Shown here one piece after another: positions 12,166 to 23,544 of a DNA stretch of 64,000 bases. Made by a program: the position numbers and the translations under genes. The stretch covers positions 1 through 64,000 of the forward strand of contig NIVC01002725.1 in assembly GCA_002269645.1 (NCBI GenBank), given 5' to 3'. The notes beneath the pieces are model-generated. The model saw nothing but the letters and a program-made list of their open reading frames with translations, was not told where the DNA came from and searched no databases. Source of the DNA: Macrostomum lignano (Eukaryota). How positions within the stretch are numbered: position 1 is the first letter of the stretch; each line of letters begins with the position of its first letter.

Positions 12166-15100
12166 TCAGTACAGCTCATTGTCCGGTTCATTGAGGAACT
12201 CCTGCGACAAACGTCGGTGGCCCAAGTCGGAGCCAGCGCTGCTATCATCCCCATCATTACCGTCTGAATTGCCGTCCTGCAATAGAAAATTCTCGTCTCG
12301 ATCCTCCGTATCGCTGCCGACAAGGAAAGTCGCACTTCTGCGGGTGGGAATACGTTTAAATAAGTAAATGCATGAGGAGAGTGCTTCAAGCTGTCATTAA
12401 CCTGCAGTTTAGCTACAGGTGACTATTGGGGTAGACTATGGGGTAGGTCTTAACCTGCAGTTTACAGATTTGACTATTGGGGTAGACTTTAAGGTAGGTC
12501 ATTAAGGGCAGGGAAAAAACTTACCTAGAAGCGGCCGACACAGATGGAGAGACGGCGGCTGTTGCAGCCACGGTGGCAGACGAAGGCGGAATCGATCGGA
12601 AAGCTTTCCAACGAATCAGACACTCGGCCAGTTTAGCGCCCATCTCTTCTAACTCTCGAACGCCCATGTGGAAGCCCCGATAGAGGCCCTGGTCACAGCA
12701 GCTGTAGCTGGCTTCCAATGTGTAGGCGCACTGGATTCGCATCTGCCGCCACACCACTACGCGGGCTGTTGCTTCTTTGGCCTGGCCATTGTATTGGGAT
12801 TAGGGACTGAGGATTAGTAATATGGGATTTCAAATCTGCGATGAACAGTTGGGATCAGTGATCGAAAATTTCCTATCTGGGTTCGGGATTTAGGATCAGG
12901 GATTGGGGATCTAGAATTGAGGAGTTTTAGTCGGGCTTAAGAATTGGGATACCGGGGTTCGAAGATAAGGTATCTGGGGATCAGGGGAATCAGGGATGCA
13001 GGATTTGGGATCTGGGGATCTGGGATGCAGGATTTGGGATCTGGGGATCTGGGATGCAGGATTTGGGATCTGGGGATCTGGGATGCAGGATTTGGGATCT
13101 GGGGATCAGGGATGCAGGATTTGGGATGTGGGGGTCTTGGATACAGGATTTGGGATGTGGGGATCTGGGATACAGGATTTCGGATTTGGGGACCAGGGAT
13201 ACAGGATTTGGGATCTGGGGTATAGAAGTTTGGGATCTGAAATCAGGGATTTGGAATCTGAGAATCGGGAACTTAGGATTTAGGATCTAGATAGGATCTA
13301 TTATATTATTATTAGGATCTAGATACTGGGATCAGGGACTAGGGGTTGGGATCTGGGATTAAGGATTGAAGTCTGGGAATCAGGCAATCAGTAAAAAGCT
13401 GACAAGAATTCGCACCTTCTCCACGGTGAAGCAGCAGTTAGACCAGGAGAAAGCTGGTGCGGACTGGGCCAGCAGACGGGGCAGAGCTCGATATCCCGGA
13501 TCCTCGGCGGGCGGTCCCGAGCCGCCTGCGCCCAGCAACCAGCCGGGATTGTTCCGATCGACGCCCTGCACCCAGCTTTGTGTGGGGCTGCAGCCGAACA
13601 TGAAGACGTTGTTGCGGCGAGAGTGACCGTGACAGTCGATGTAGAGCGCCGGCCGGTGGCCAGTGAGACAGAGAAGGCCGAGCAGACCCTGGGGGAGAGG
13701 ATGCGGCAGTTTCTGGGATTCTAGCCCTGCGATCCGGATTTCAAATGCAGTCTGTTATCCGGGTCAAATACTATCAGGTGATCATCTGACATTCGGGTCA
13801 AATACTGTCAGGTGGTCATTTGACATCCGGGTCAATACTGTCAGGTGACCATCTGACATCCGGGTCAATACTGTCAGGTGATCATCTGACATCCGGGTCA
13901 ATACTTTCAGGTGGTCATCTGACATCCGGGTCAAATAGTGTCAGGTGATCATCTGACATCCGGATAAAATTGCCGGATGTCACGTGACAACTGGGTTCGC
14001 AATAATCATTAGAACAATTGATTTGTAGGTTAAAAACCATATTAAATGAGATGGCTCAAGTGGCTAGTTATTAGATAACTCACCTTGGTGTGGTAGATCT
14101 CAGGTTGCCTAGCAACAGTCGGACGCAACCAGGCCCTATTAAGATCTTCAGCCGACAATGAGCATCGATGATTGCCATTGATAACGCCGTCCGGATTAAG
14201 CATTGGCACCAATTTGAATATGAATTCTCGACGTAGTTGCCTGAAAATTATAACAAAAAGTTACGAGTTCTACTATCAACTACTATCAACTATCAACGAG
14301 TTCTACTATCGCTATTATTGCTCAGCAGAGAAGAGGAAGGACCGGAAGTGATTAGCAGAGAAATCAAGGAACTCCAGGACCGGAAGTGATTGACAGAGAA
14401 ATCAAGGAACTCCAGGACCGGAAGTGATTGACAGAGAAATCAAGGAACTCCAGGACCGGAAGTGATTAGCAGAGAAATCAAGGAACTCCAGGACCGGAAG
14501 TGATTATCAGTGAAATCAAGGAACTCCAGGACTGGAAGTGATTATCAGTGAAATCAAGGAACACCAGGACCGGAAGTGATTAGCAGAGAAATCAAGGAAC
14601 TACAGGACCGGAAGTGATTAGCAGAGAAATCAAGGAACTCCAGGACCGGAAGTGATTAGCAGAAAAACCAAGGAACTCCAGGATCGGAAGTGATTAGCAG
14701 AGAAATCAAGGAACTCCAGGACCGGAAGTGATTAGCAGAGAAATCAAGGAACTCCAGGACCGGAAGTGATTAGCAGAGAAATCAAGGAACTCCAGGACCG
14801 GAAGTGATTAGCAGAGAAATCAAGGAACTCCAGGACCGGAAGTGATTAGCAGAGAAATCAAGGAACTCCAGGACCGGAAGTGATTAGCAGAGAAATCAAG
14901 GAACTCCAGGACCGGAAGTGATTAGCAGAGAAATCAAGGAACTACAGGACCGGAAGTGATTAGCAGAGAAATCAAGGAACTCCAGGACCGGAAGTGATTA
15001 GCAGAGAAATCAAGGAACTCCAGGACCGGAAGTGATTAGCAGAGAAATCAAGGAACTCCAGGACCGGAAGTGATTAGCAGAGAAATCAAGGAACTCCAGG

Positions 15101-17797
15101 ACCGGAAGTGATTAGCAGAGAAATCAAGGAACTCCAGGACCGGAAGTGATTAGCAGAGAAATCAAGGAACTCCAGGACCGGAAGTGATTAGCAGAGAAAT
15201 CAAGGAACTCCAGGACCGGAAGTGATTAGCAGAGAAATTAAGGAACTCCAGGACCGGAAGTGATTAGCAGAAAAATCAAGGAACTCCAGGACCGGAAGTG
15301 ATTAGCAGAGAAATCAAGGAACTCCAGGACCGGAAGTGATTAGCAGAGAAATCAAGGAACTCCAGGACCGGAAGTGATTAGCAGAGAAATCAAGGAACTC
15401 CAGGACCGGAAGTGATTAGCAGAGAAATCAAGGAACTCCAGGACCGGAAGCGATTCACTCGAGACCCAATAAAAGAACTGATTAGAACAGTGCACCAACC
15501 TAGCGGCTGGACTGACAAGATAATTGCCAAGGCCTCGAACAGTCCAACTGGCATTAGACTCGCCCGGATGCACTCGGCCAGTGATGAGCACAACTGGCCG
15601 GTTAGAGTCCACAGGCTCAGCCGTGACAGTGACCAAATGTATCTGATTTCCGCCTAGGGAATTGCCCAAGCACTGTTTAGAGAATAAAATGTCTCCACCA
15701 TCGGATCCAGCTGATTGCCATTCTTCTAAATCAGCCAGCAGTCTCGTATAGGTGTAAGGAATATAATAGGCCAGGTAGCAGATATCGCCGCTGTGTTTGA
15801 ATGTGAGCGTGAAACTAGCCGTGTAATAAGGCATTCTGGGCCCGCTATTGGCAGTTTTCGGTCGCCAATATTGATTGCGATAATAGCAGACATCTTTGCC
15901 GGCACGGAGCCAATAGGCCCGGCCTAGCATGGCCTCTTTAACGCTAAACAGCAGAGGCCGCATGCCGCAGGTAAACTGGGAGCCGGGCTTCTCACAATTG
16001 ATTATGTTAAACCTGTAGGGCACGCCAGCTTCGCAGTTTGATAGGCGGAAATAGAACCATTGCAGGTGGCCGCGATGGCCAATATCCGGGTTCAGCAGCA
16101 GATCGTATTCCCGTCTGCGGACTTGGATTGCTCGGCGTAGATTGCCTGACTCGAAACGGGATTCGAATGTCAAGTGACTGTTGAGCTGCTGAGGAGGCTG
16201 CTGCTGCTGCAGTTCGAGTTCGTCCTCGTTAATAAGGCGATTAGTATTGCTGGCCGCTGATCGAGATCGGGCGATGAGGTCGTCAAGGTCGTATACTACT
16301 CGGTCTATGATGTCGGAGGGGTCGATCCACCTGGGCGGGTGCAGGGTGCAGTGCTAGTAGTAGTTGCTTGAGTGTTCATATTCGATTCCCTATTCATTGC
16401 ACCTGGAAAGACCGCCCCTCTAGTAAGCATCTAGGCCACCAACAGCCTCCCAGATGCCTAGATGCTGGGCCAGCCTCCAAGATGCTCAGTTGCTGGGCCA
16501 GCCTCCCAGATCATCAGTTTCTGGGCCAGCCTCCCAGATCCTCAGTTTCTGGGCCAGCCTCCTAGATCATCAGTTTCTGGGCCAGCCTCCCAGATCCTCA
16601 GTTTCTGGGCCAGCCTCCCAGATCCTCAGTTTCTGGGCCAGCCTCCCAGATCCTCAGTTTCTGGGCCAGCCTCCCAGATCCTCAGTTTCTGGGCCAGCCT
16701 CCCAGAGTGCCAGTTGCTGGGTTAACCTCTCAGACCCTGAATTGCTGGGCCCCTAACAACCCCAGACGCATGGACCCTTATCTGATATGCAATACCATTC
16801 AAAATAACATAACCAAGAAGCTCAGCGCACCTCCTAGCATCCTCCAGCACCAGAGCCTGCGTGCAGACGGACTTCCGCTCGGTCAGAGCCTCCCTATACG
16901 GCGGCGAAGTTGCTCCGATGAGGTCCGGATAGCCCAGCATTTGAAATCTAGCTACGGACTTAACACGATTACTCAAACGTACGTAGCGTTCGGTTAGGAT
17001 TGAAACGCCACTAGAGTCTGAAGTTGTCGATAGCCAAGGCGACACTCGCTGCTGCTGCTGCTGCTGCTGACTACGCGAAGTGAGGGGCTTAGCCGCAACT
17101 GACAGTAGCGAAGTATCAGTAGCCGACAATCGCATCGATTTAGTCAAGGACTGCTCCAAAGACGCCATCATATTGGACGAGTTCAATAGATAACTAGCGG
17201 ACGAAGCTAAACCGGATGACTGTTTAGACAGGCAGGGCAAGCTGACGGGCCCTGGCGATGCCTGGCTAGCCGCCTCCTGGCTAATCAGATGCCCGTAGGC
17301 GGCGTTCAATTCGGCAAGGCTGCGACCGTCGCAGTCATCAGGTTCAAAGGAATCAGCCCCGGCTTGATGACTGTTATCGTCTCCGTTCGCGTTGTCCTCG
17401 TCGTCGAGGTCATCATCATCGTCGAATTCTTCGTCATCATCATCATCATCATCATCGTCGTCTAGATCGTCGTTGTCGACAAGATCGCAGCTGTTGTGAC
17501 TATCGGCCTGATAGCTGGGCAGCGCAGAGCCGGCCGTAGCCGACTGCTGATAGCGCAGATTAACATTGTGAGGCGACATTGGCGTTGGCACTGGTAGGCG
17601 AGTTCTTGGAGCGCATTGGCGCAGGATTAGGGTAGCAGCCGAGGTCAGGGGTTCGAGCTCGGCATTGCCTAGAGAACCGCGGCACAGCTGATAGAGAGCT
17701 TCAGCGCCGCCGAGTTCCATCAGAGCCCGACGGCCGGCTCTGCGATTTGAATAATTAGAGAAATTAGGCTTTGACGTAGCGGAGCGTCAACGCGTCC

Positions 17798-17851
<54 letters not shown>

Positions 17852-20315
17852 AAAGGTCCCAGATTCGATTCCGCTGATTAAATTTTGGGCGGTTGTTAAA
17901 TTTAAATAATAATAATTGGTTACACCTGCCCGAATTGGGCAGGTGTGCAACCAACAGCTCAGCCGCAGCTATTGCTGTTCGGTCCAAGGACTGGGGGGTC
18001 GCTACACACACCTTCAATTCACCTTCACCTCCAGCTAATACTGGCACCAATTTTACAGCTGGGTGAGCTGACGCAATGCAGAGTTAAGCCCTAAGTGTCT
18101 TGCTCAAGGACACAAATTGTTCCAAGTAGGATCTGGAATCGAACCCCTGTCCTTGAAGTCGTGAGTTCGACGCTCTGACCACTAGGCTACAAACCCAGAT
18201 CGTTCCGTTCGTGGGTCGAAAATCGAACCTCCGCGCCTTGACTAACTTAAACTAGCTGGGGAAAAAGTGGGGGAGAAATAGCAAGAATAGCGAGAAATAA
18301 CTCCTCACCGAACAGCGGTCAGCTGTTTCAGCAGCAGCAGCAGGGCACGCCTAATTGGTACATTTCTATTCCGATTGTCTCTACGCTGCCAGTCTTCGAA
18401 CTGAGCCAATGCCAGGCCCAGTCCGCCGTTGCCCAACGCTCTGGCAGCGTTAGATCGCAGCCTAGTCAAGCAAATCAACGTGTCTAACGCCAGTTTCAAT
18501 AGCGTTAGCTGACGCCTGCCGCACTGCTCGGTCAGTTTCAATAACTGTTGAACCGCCCCGGATCTGCCAGCGGCTGCGGCATTGCGCTGGCTGGACAAGC
18601 AGGCGGATTTTAATAGGGCCAACGGTACGTGAGCTTGACGCCCGGAGCCGGGACTGGCTAGGGCGCAGTGGCGCAGCAGGCTCAGTGTGATTGGCAGGCA
18701 CTGGTGCTGGCGGAGCCTGGCTGGTAGGCGCTTGTCTTTGGGTGCTAGCTTAGTTAGAATCTGCGCGATTGGTGGTATGGTTTCCAGGCTCGTTTGTTAA
18801 TTAACTTTTTGCCTTAAACCTAGCGCTTAAAAACTGGTAAGGAATGTTGCATAAGTAAGGTGATTTGGCGAATGATATAAGGTTCATTTTGGTGTAAAAA
18901 ACCTACTTATTATCTCAATTATTTGTTAAGGTGACTCACAGAGAAACCGGTGAGATACTGGTAGATCAGTACAGTGTGACTCACAGGGAACAGGTGAGAT
19001 ACTGGTAGATCAGTACAATGTGACTCACAAGGGAACAGGTGAGATACTGGTAGATCAGTACAATGTGACTCACAGGGAAACAGGTGAGATACTGGTAGAT
19101 CAGTACAGTGTGACTCACAGGGAACAGGTGAGATACTGGTAGATCAGTACAATGTGACTCATGGGGAAACAGGTGAGATACTGGTAGATCAGTACAGTGT
19201 GACTCACAGGGAACAGGTGAGATACTGGTAGATCAGTACAATGTGACTCACAAGGGAACAGGTGAGATACTGGTAGATCAGTACAATGTGACTCACAGGG
19301 AAACAGGTGAGATACTGGTAGATCAGTACAGTGTGACTCACAGGGAACAGGTGAGATACTGGTAGATCAGTACAATGTGACTCATGGGGAAACAGGTGAG
19401 ATACTGGTAGATCAGTACAATGTGACTCGCAGGGAAACAGACCGTGAGATACTGGTAGATAAGTACAATGTGACTCGCAGGGAAACAGACCGTGAGATAG
19501 TGGTAGATAAGTACAGTGTGACTCGCAGGGAAACAGACCGTGAGATACTGGTAGATCAGTACAATGTGACTCACAAGGGAACACGTGAGATACTGGTAGA
19601 TAAGTACAATGTGACTCACAGGGCACAAGTGAGATATTGGGTAGATAAGTACAATGTGACTCACAGGGGAACAGGTGATGAAGGTGACAACCAATTAGAA
19701 ACAGATTGCGAACACTTACCTGATGCAGCAGCATTAACATGGCTTCGTTTGGTGCAGATTCGCGCCATTCCTGCGCCATAGACTGGCAGAGCGCCATTGT
19801 GGCGCCATGTTTAACAAACACTTGAGCCCGTCTAGCTGTGTTGGCGTGGCCCAACAGTTCAGCAATGCAGTTAGCTGAGCACAGCTGCACAGCTCTGTCT
19901 GGCACACTTTGTAGGGTGAGCACTAGGCTTTGAGCATAATTTGGCTGGCGCAACAGCCAATCTCGGTTGAGCTTGTCTGTGAATTCGGGTGGCAGTGATA
20001 GTGCTTAAACTCAAGGAACTGGGAACAGAGATAGATAGACTCTCTACTTACCCTGATTTTGCAGTGCTTGTAGCAGCCTCGATATCACTGAGCGAATATT
20101 GCCATGGCCAGAATCGTCCAATCTGACTCTACTATGATTAGCAGAATTTCTATGATGCTTAATTAGAGCTTCAAAATAGTTTTTAATCTTGCTTCTGAAA
20201 TTAAAGTTCAATTACAAACTTGTAATGGAGAGAATCAAAGCAAAATTATATTATTATGAGCATCATAAACAATTATATTGTTTTTTTTCATAAGCTTTTA
20301 AACTTACCCATCCAT
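12166..20315 (-). CDS. AGTPBP1: Cytosolic carboxypeptidase 1/4-type tubulin deglutamylase (Nna1/CCP1), 1137 aa. Exons 20315-20308, 20122-20052, 20003-19720, 18760-18309, 17739-16831, 16330-15500, 14240-14084, 13688-13416, 12781-12525, 12337-12166
   Basis: All ten exons join in frame (3414 nt) via GT-AG. Motifs: [29 protein letters not shown] (Zn HxxE), [32 protein letters not shown] (catalytic Glu), ELEEMGA; N-terminal ARM-like region with LAPKDK and [11 protein letters not shown]. First and last exons are less certain. Confidence 0.93.
12850..13380. repeat. Intronic minisatellite, ~29-bp unit GGGATGCAGGATTTGGGATCTGGGGATCT, degenerate at edges
   Basis: Visible; lies wholly in CCP1 intron 12782-13415. 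Confidence 0.9.
13755..13975. repeat. Intronic minisatellite, 33-34-bp self-complementary unit CATCTGACATCCGGGTCAATACTGTCAGGTGAT, ~6 copies
   Basis: Visible; in CCP1 intron 13689-14083. Confidence 0.9.
14335..15452. repeat. Intronic minisatellite, 38-bp unit ACCGGAAGTGATTAGCAGAGAAATCAAGGAACTCCAGG, ~30 copies
   Basis: Visible, highly homogeneous; in CCP1 intron 14241-15499. Confidence 0.98.
16440..16725. repeat. Intronic minisatellite, 28-bp unit CTGGGCCAGCCTCCCAGATCCTCAGTTT, ~9-10 copies
   Basis: Visible; in CCP1 intron 16331-16830. Confidence 0.95.
17905..18196 (-). mobile_element. tRNA-derived SINE, copy 3 (near full length), beside a (TC)n tract at ~17800-17848
   Basis: Reverse complement starts GGGTTTGTAGCCTAGTGGTCAGAGCGTCG, has GGTTCGATTCC and GTGTCCTTGAGCAAGACACTT; in CCP1 intron 17740-18308. 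Confidence 0.8.
18930..19680. repeat. Intronic minisatellite, 44-47-bp unit GTGACTCACAGGGAACAGGTGAGATACTGGTAGATCAGTACAAT, ~16 copies
   Basis: Visible; in CCP1 intron 18761-19719. Confidence 0.97.
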
Positions 20316-20424
20316 GGTATGTGAAAGCAGATTAGTAAGCCTTCTAATTTTGCAGTTAAAAAAGTTTAAACATCCAAATGCATCTGAAAAGGGTGATTTT
20401 TCTGCTGTTTTGTTATCACGATCA

Positions 20425-20660
20425 TCCATATACTAAAAATGGTCTGTCGGTATATGTGTGTGTGATCGATTTTAGCAAAAATGGCTCAACCGATTTTGTT
20501 CAAACTTGCACCATTCGATCAGAAATTTTTCCGTGACGGTACATGCATCGTGGCTAAGAAATTGCTCGATGCTAAAGGGATTAAATATTCGAAAAACATG
20601 CTTTTTTGCAAAGGTCAAGCAGCTATTTCGACTTGAAACGCACTGTAAAAATGCTAGAGA
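20425..20660 (+). mobile_element. Non-autonomous repeat, Helitron-like 5' end; same family as 62780-63215
   Basis: Begins TCCATATACTAAAAATGGTCTGTC..GTGTG and shares TGCTAA.GGGATTAAATATTCGAAAAAC with the minus-strand copy near 63050. The Helitron assignment rests only on the TC..ATACTAA start plus microsatellite. Confidence 0.4.
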
Positions 20661-20957
20661 AAAAACTGACTGGTTGAATTCTGATTCTGAAATAGATTGC
20701 ATCACAATACACTTTATTTATCGTCTGTGTACTGGCTGAATTTGACACTCAATTGAATTGCGTCACAGCTTTGAGTGTGAAAGTATAGTGCAGTACTGAA
20801 TTTATATTACGTAACCATATTGTTAGCTTTCATAGACACTGGTACTGACTTGCCTAAGAAATTGATTATGTCATAACTGCTTCGTGTGACTTTTTACTCT
20901 ACCTGACTTGGTGTGAGTGTTGAATTATATAAGTGGTACAAATTCACTGATAACTTC

Positions 20958-21020
20958 GATGAGAGCTAGCCTAGAGCTGAGCAGACCAGACTGCTAATGC
21001 AGCGACCTGGGTTCGAATCT
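20958..21020 (+). mobile_element. Degenerate tRNA-Ser(GCU)-like SINE head; second copy at 22863-22925
   Basis: AGCTAGCCTAGAG...GACTGCTAAT...GGGTTCGAATC: A-box, GCT anticodon loop and B-box; too degenerate to be a tRNA gene. Confidence 0.5.
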
Positions 21021-21089
21021 AAGTAGTTTAAAAGTAGTAGTGTAAAATTTTTTATTAAAAGCTTTTATTAAAGGACTAAATAAAAACAC

Positions 21090-22550
21090 TTAGATTACTG
21101 CACTCAATAAGCCAAGGATTATTGCTATTAATAAACCAAGGATTACTGCACTCAATAAACTAAGGACTATTGCTATTAATAAACCAAGGATTACTGCACT
21201 CAATAAACCAAGGACTATTGCTATTAATAAACCAAGGATTATGCACTTGGCAAACCAAGGATTACTGCACTCGATAAGCCAAGGATTATTGCTATTAATA
21301 AACCAAGGATTACTGCACTCAATAAACCAAGGACTATTGCTCTTGGCAAACCAAGGATTACTGCACTTGATTAATCAAGGATTATTGCTATTAATAAACC
21401 AAGGATTACTGCACTCGATAAGCCAAGGATTATTGCTATTAATAAACCAAGGATTACTGCACTCGATAAGCCAAGGATTATTGCTATTAATAAACCAAGG
21501 ATTACTGCACTCGATAAGGCATGGATTATTGCTATTAATAAACCAAGGATTACTGCACTCGATAAGCCAAGGACTATTGCTCTTGGCAAACCAAGGATTA
21601 CTGCACTCGATAAGCCATGGATTATTGCTATTAATAAACCAAGGATTACTGCCCTCGATAAACCAAGGATTATTGCTATTAATAAACCAAGGATTATGCA
21701 CTTGGCAAACCAAGGATTACTGCACTCGATAAGCCAAGGATTATTGCTATTAATAAACCAAGGATTACTGCACTCAATAAACCAAGGACTATTGCTATTA
21801 ATAAACCAAGGATTACTGCACTCAATAAACCAAGGACTATTGCTCTTGGCAAACCAAGGATTACTGCACTCGATAAGCCAAGGACTATTCCTCTTGGCAA
21901 ACCAAGGATTACTGCACTCGATAAGCCATGGATTATTGCTATTAATAAACCAAGGATTACTGCACTCGATAAGCCAAGGATTATTGCTATTAATAAACCA
22001 AGGATTACTGCACTCAATAAACCAAGGACTATTGCTCTTGGCAAACCAAGGATTACTGCACTTGATTAATCAAGGATTATTGCTATTAATAAACCAAGGA
22101 TTACTGCACTCAATAAACCAAGGACTATTGCTCTTGGCAAACCAAGGATTACTGCACTCGATAAGCCAAGGATTATTGCTATTAATAAACCAAGGATTAC
22201 TGCACTCGATAAGCCATGGATTATTGCTATTAATAAACCAAGGATTACTGCACTCGATAAGCCAAGGATTATTGCTATTAATAAACCAAGGATTACTGCA
22301 CTCGATAAGCCAAGGATTATTGCTATTAATAAACCATGAATTACTGCACTTGATAAGCCAAGGATTATTGCTATTAATAAACCAAGGATTACTGCACTCA
22401 TAAGCCATGGATTATTGCTATTAATAAACCAAGGATTACTTACTGCACTTGGCAAACCAAGAATTACTGCACTCGATAAGCCATGGATTATTGCTATTAA
22501 TAAACCAAGGATTACTGCACTCGATAGCCAAGGATTACTGCGCTTGATAA
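21090..22550. repeat. Minisatellite, 48-bp dimer of 24-bp subunits (AACCAAGGATTACTGCACTCGATA / AGCCAAGGATTATTGCTATTAATA), ~60 subunits
   Basis: Visible. Confidence 0.97.
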
Positions 22551-22579
22551 GCTTGGCTACATGTATAGGATTATTTCTA

Positions 22580-22830
22580 TCCAGGGATGCTTGCTATTTA
22601 GGGATTCTTGCTATGTGCAGGATGCTTGCTATCTGGAAGGATGCTTCTACATTATTTGGGGTATGCTTGCTATCTGCAAGATGCTTGCTATCTGCAAGAT
22701 GCTTGCTATCTGCAGATGCTTGCTATCTGCAGATGCTTGCTATCTGGGTGGATGCTTGCTAGGAGTATTAGGGGATGCTTGCTACTGGGGGGATGCTTGC
22801 TACTGGGGGGATGCTTGCTGTCTTGGGAAT
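22580..22830. repeat. Minisatellite, ~18-bp unit GATGCTTGCTATCTGCAA
   Basis: Visible. Confidence 0.9.
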
Positions 22831-22862
22831 ATTTTCTATTTAGGGGTAATGACTAAAATTCA

Positions 22863-22925
22863 TGAGAGCTAGCCTAGAGGTAAACAGACTAAACTGCTAA
22901 ATGCAGGGACGATGGTTCGAATTTT
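22863..22925 (+). mobile_element. Degenerate tRNA-Ser(GCU)-like SINE head, copy 2
   Basis: GAGAGCTAGCCTAGAGGTAAACAGACTAAACTGCTAAATGCAGGGACGATGGTTCGAAT; homologous to 20958-21020. Confidence 0.5.
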
Positions 22926-22979
22926 TAGAGAGTAGAGTTTTTTTAATTAGAGCTTTTTAACGCCAAGACAAAAAAAATT

Positions 22980-23420
22980 ATGGAAGCGTCATGTAAACAA
23001 TCATACAAGCGTCATGTAAACATCATAGAAGCGTCATGTAAAAATCATAGAAGCGTCATGTAAAAATCATAGAAGCGTCATGTAAAAATCATAGAAGCGT
23101 CATGTAAACAATCATAGAAGCGTCATGTTAAAATCATAAAAGCGTCATGTAAACAATCATACAAGCGTCATGTAAACAATCATAGAAGCGTCATGTAAAA
23201 AAATCATAGAAGCGTCATGTTAAAATCATAAAAGCGTCATAAAAAAATCATAGAAGCGTCATGTAAAAAATCATAGAAGCGTCATGTAAACAATCATACA
23301 AGCGTCATGTAAACAATCATACAAGCGTCATGTAAACAATCATAAAGCGTCATGTAAACAAGCATAGAAGCGTCATGTTAACATAGAAGCGTCATGAAAA
23401 AATCATAGAAGCCTCATATA
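22980..23420. repeat. Minisatellite, 22-23-bp unit ATCATAGAAGCGTCATGTAAACA, ~19 copies
   Basis: Visible. Confidence 0.93.
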
Positions 23421-23544
23421 AAAACTAATGAAAGTGTGTCATTTAAAAAATTAAGAAGCATCATGGAAGAATAAAAGAAGCGTAACGTAAAAATCAAAAG
23501 AAGCGCCATGTCAGACATGAAACAAGTGTCATAAAAAAAATGAA

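Noticed and set aside
14335-15452. Regular arrays superficially like CRISPR
   Set aside because: No unique spacers, no cas genes, eukaryotic intron context; the same applies to all arrays in the window.
17380-17480. Poly-Asp and poly-Gln low-complexity insert in CCP1
   Set aside because: CCP1 proteins normally have an acidic, poorly conserved linker here; not considered novel.
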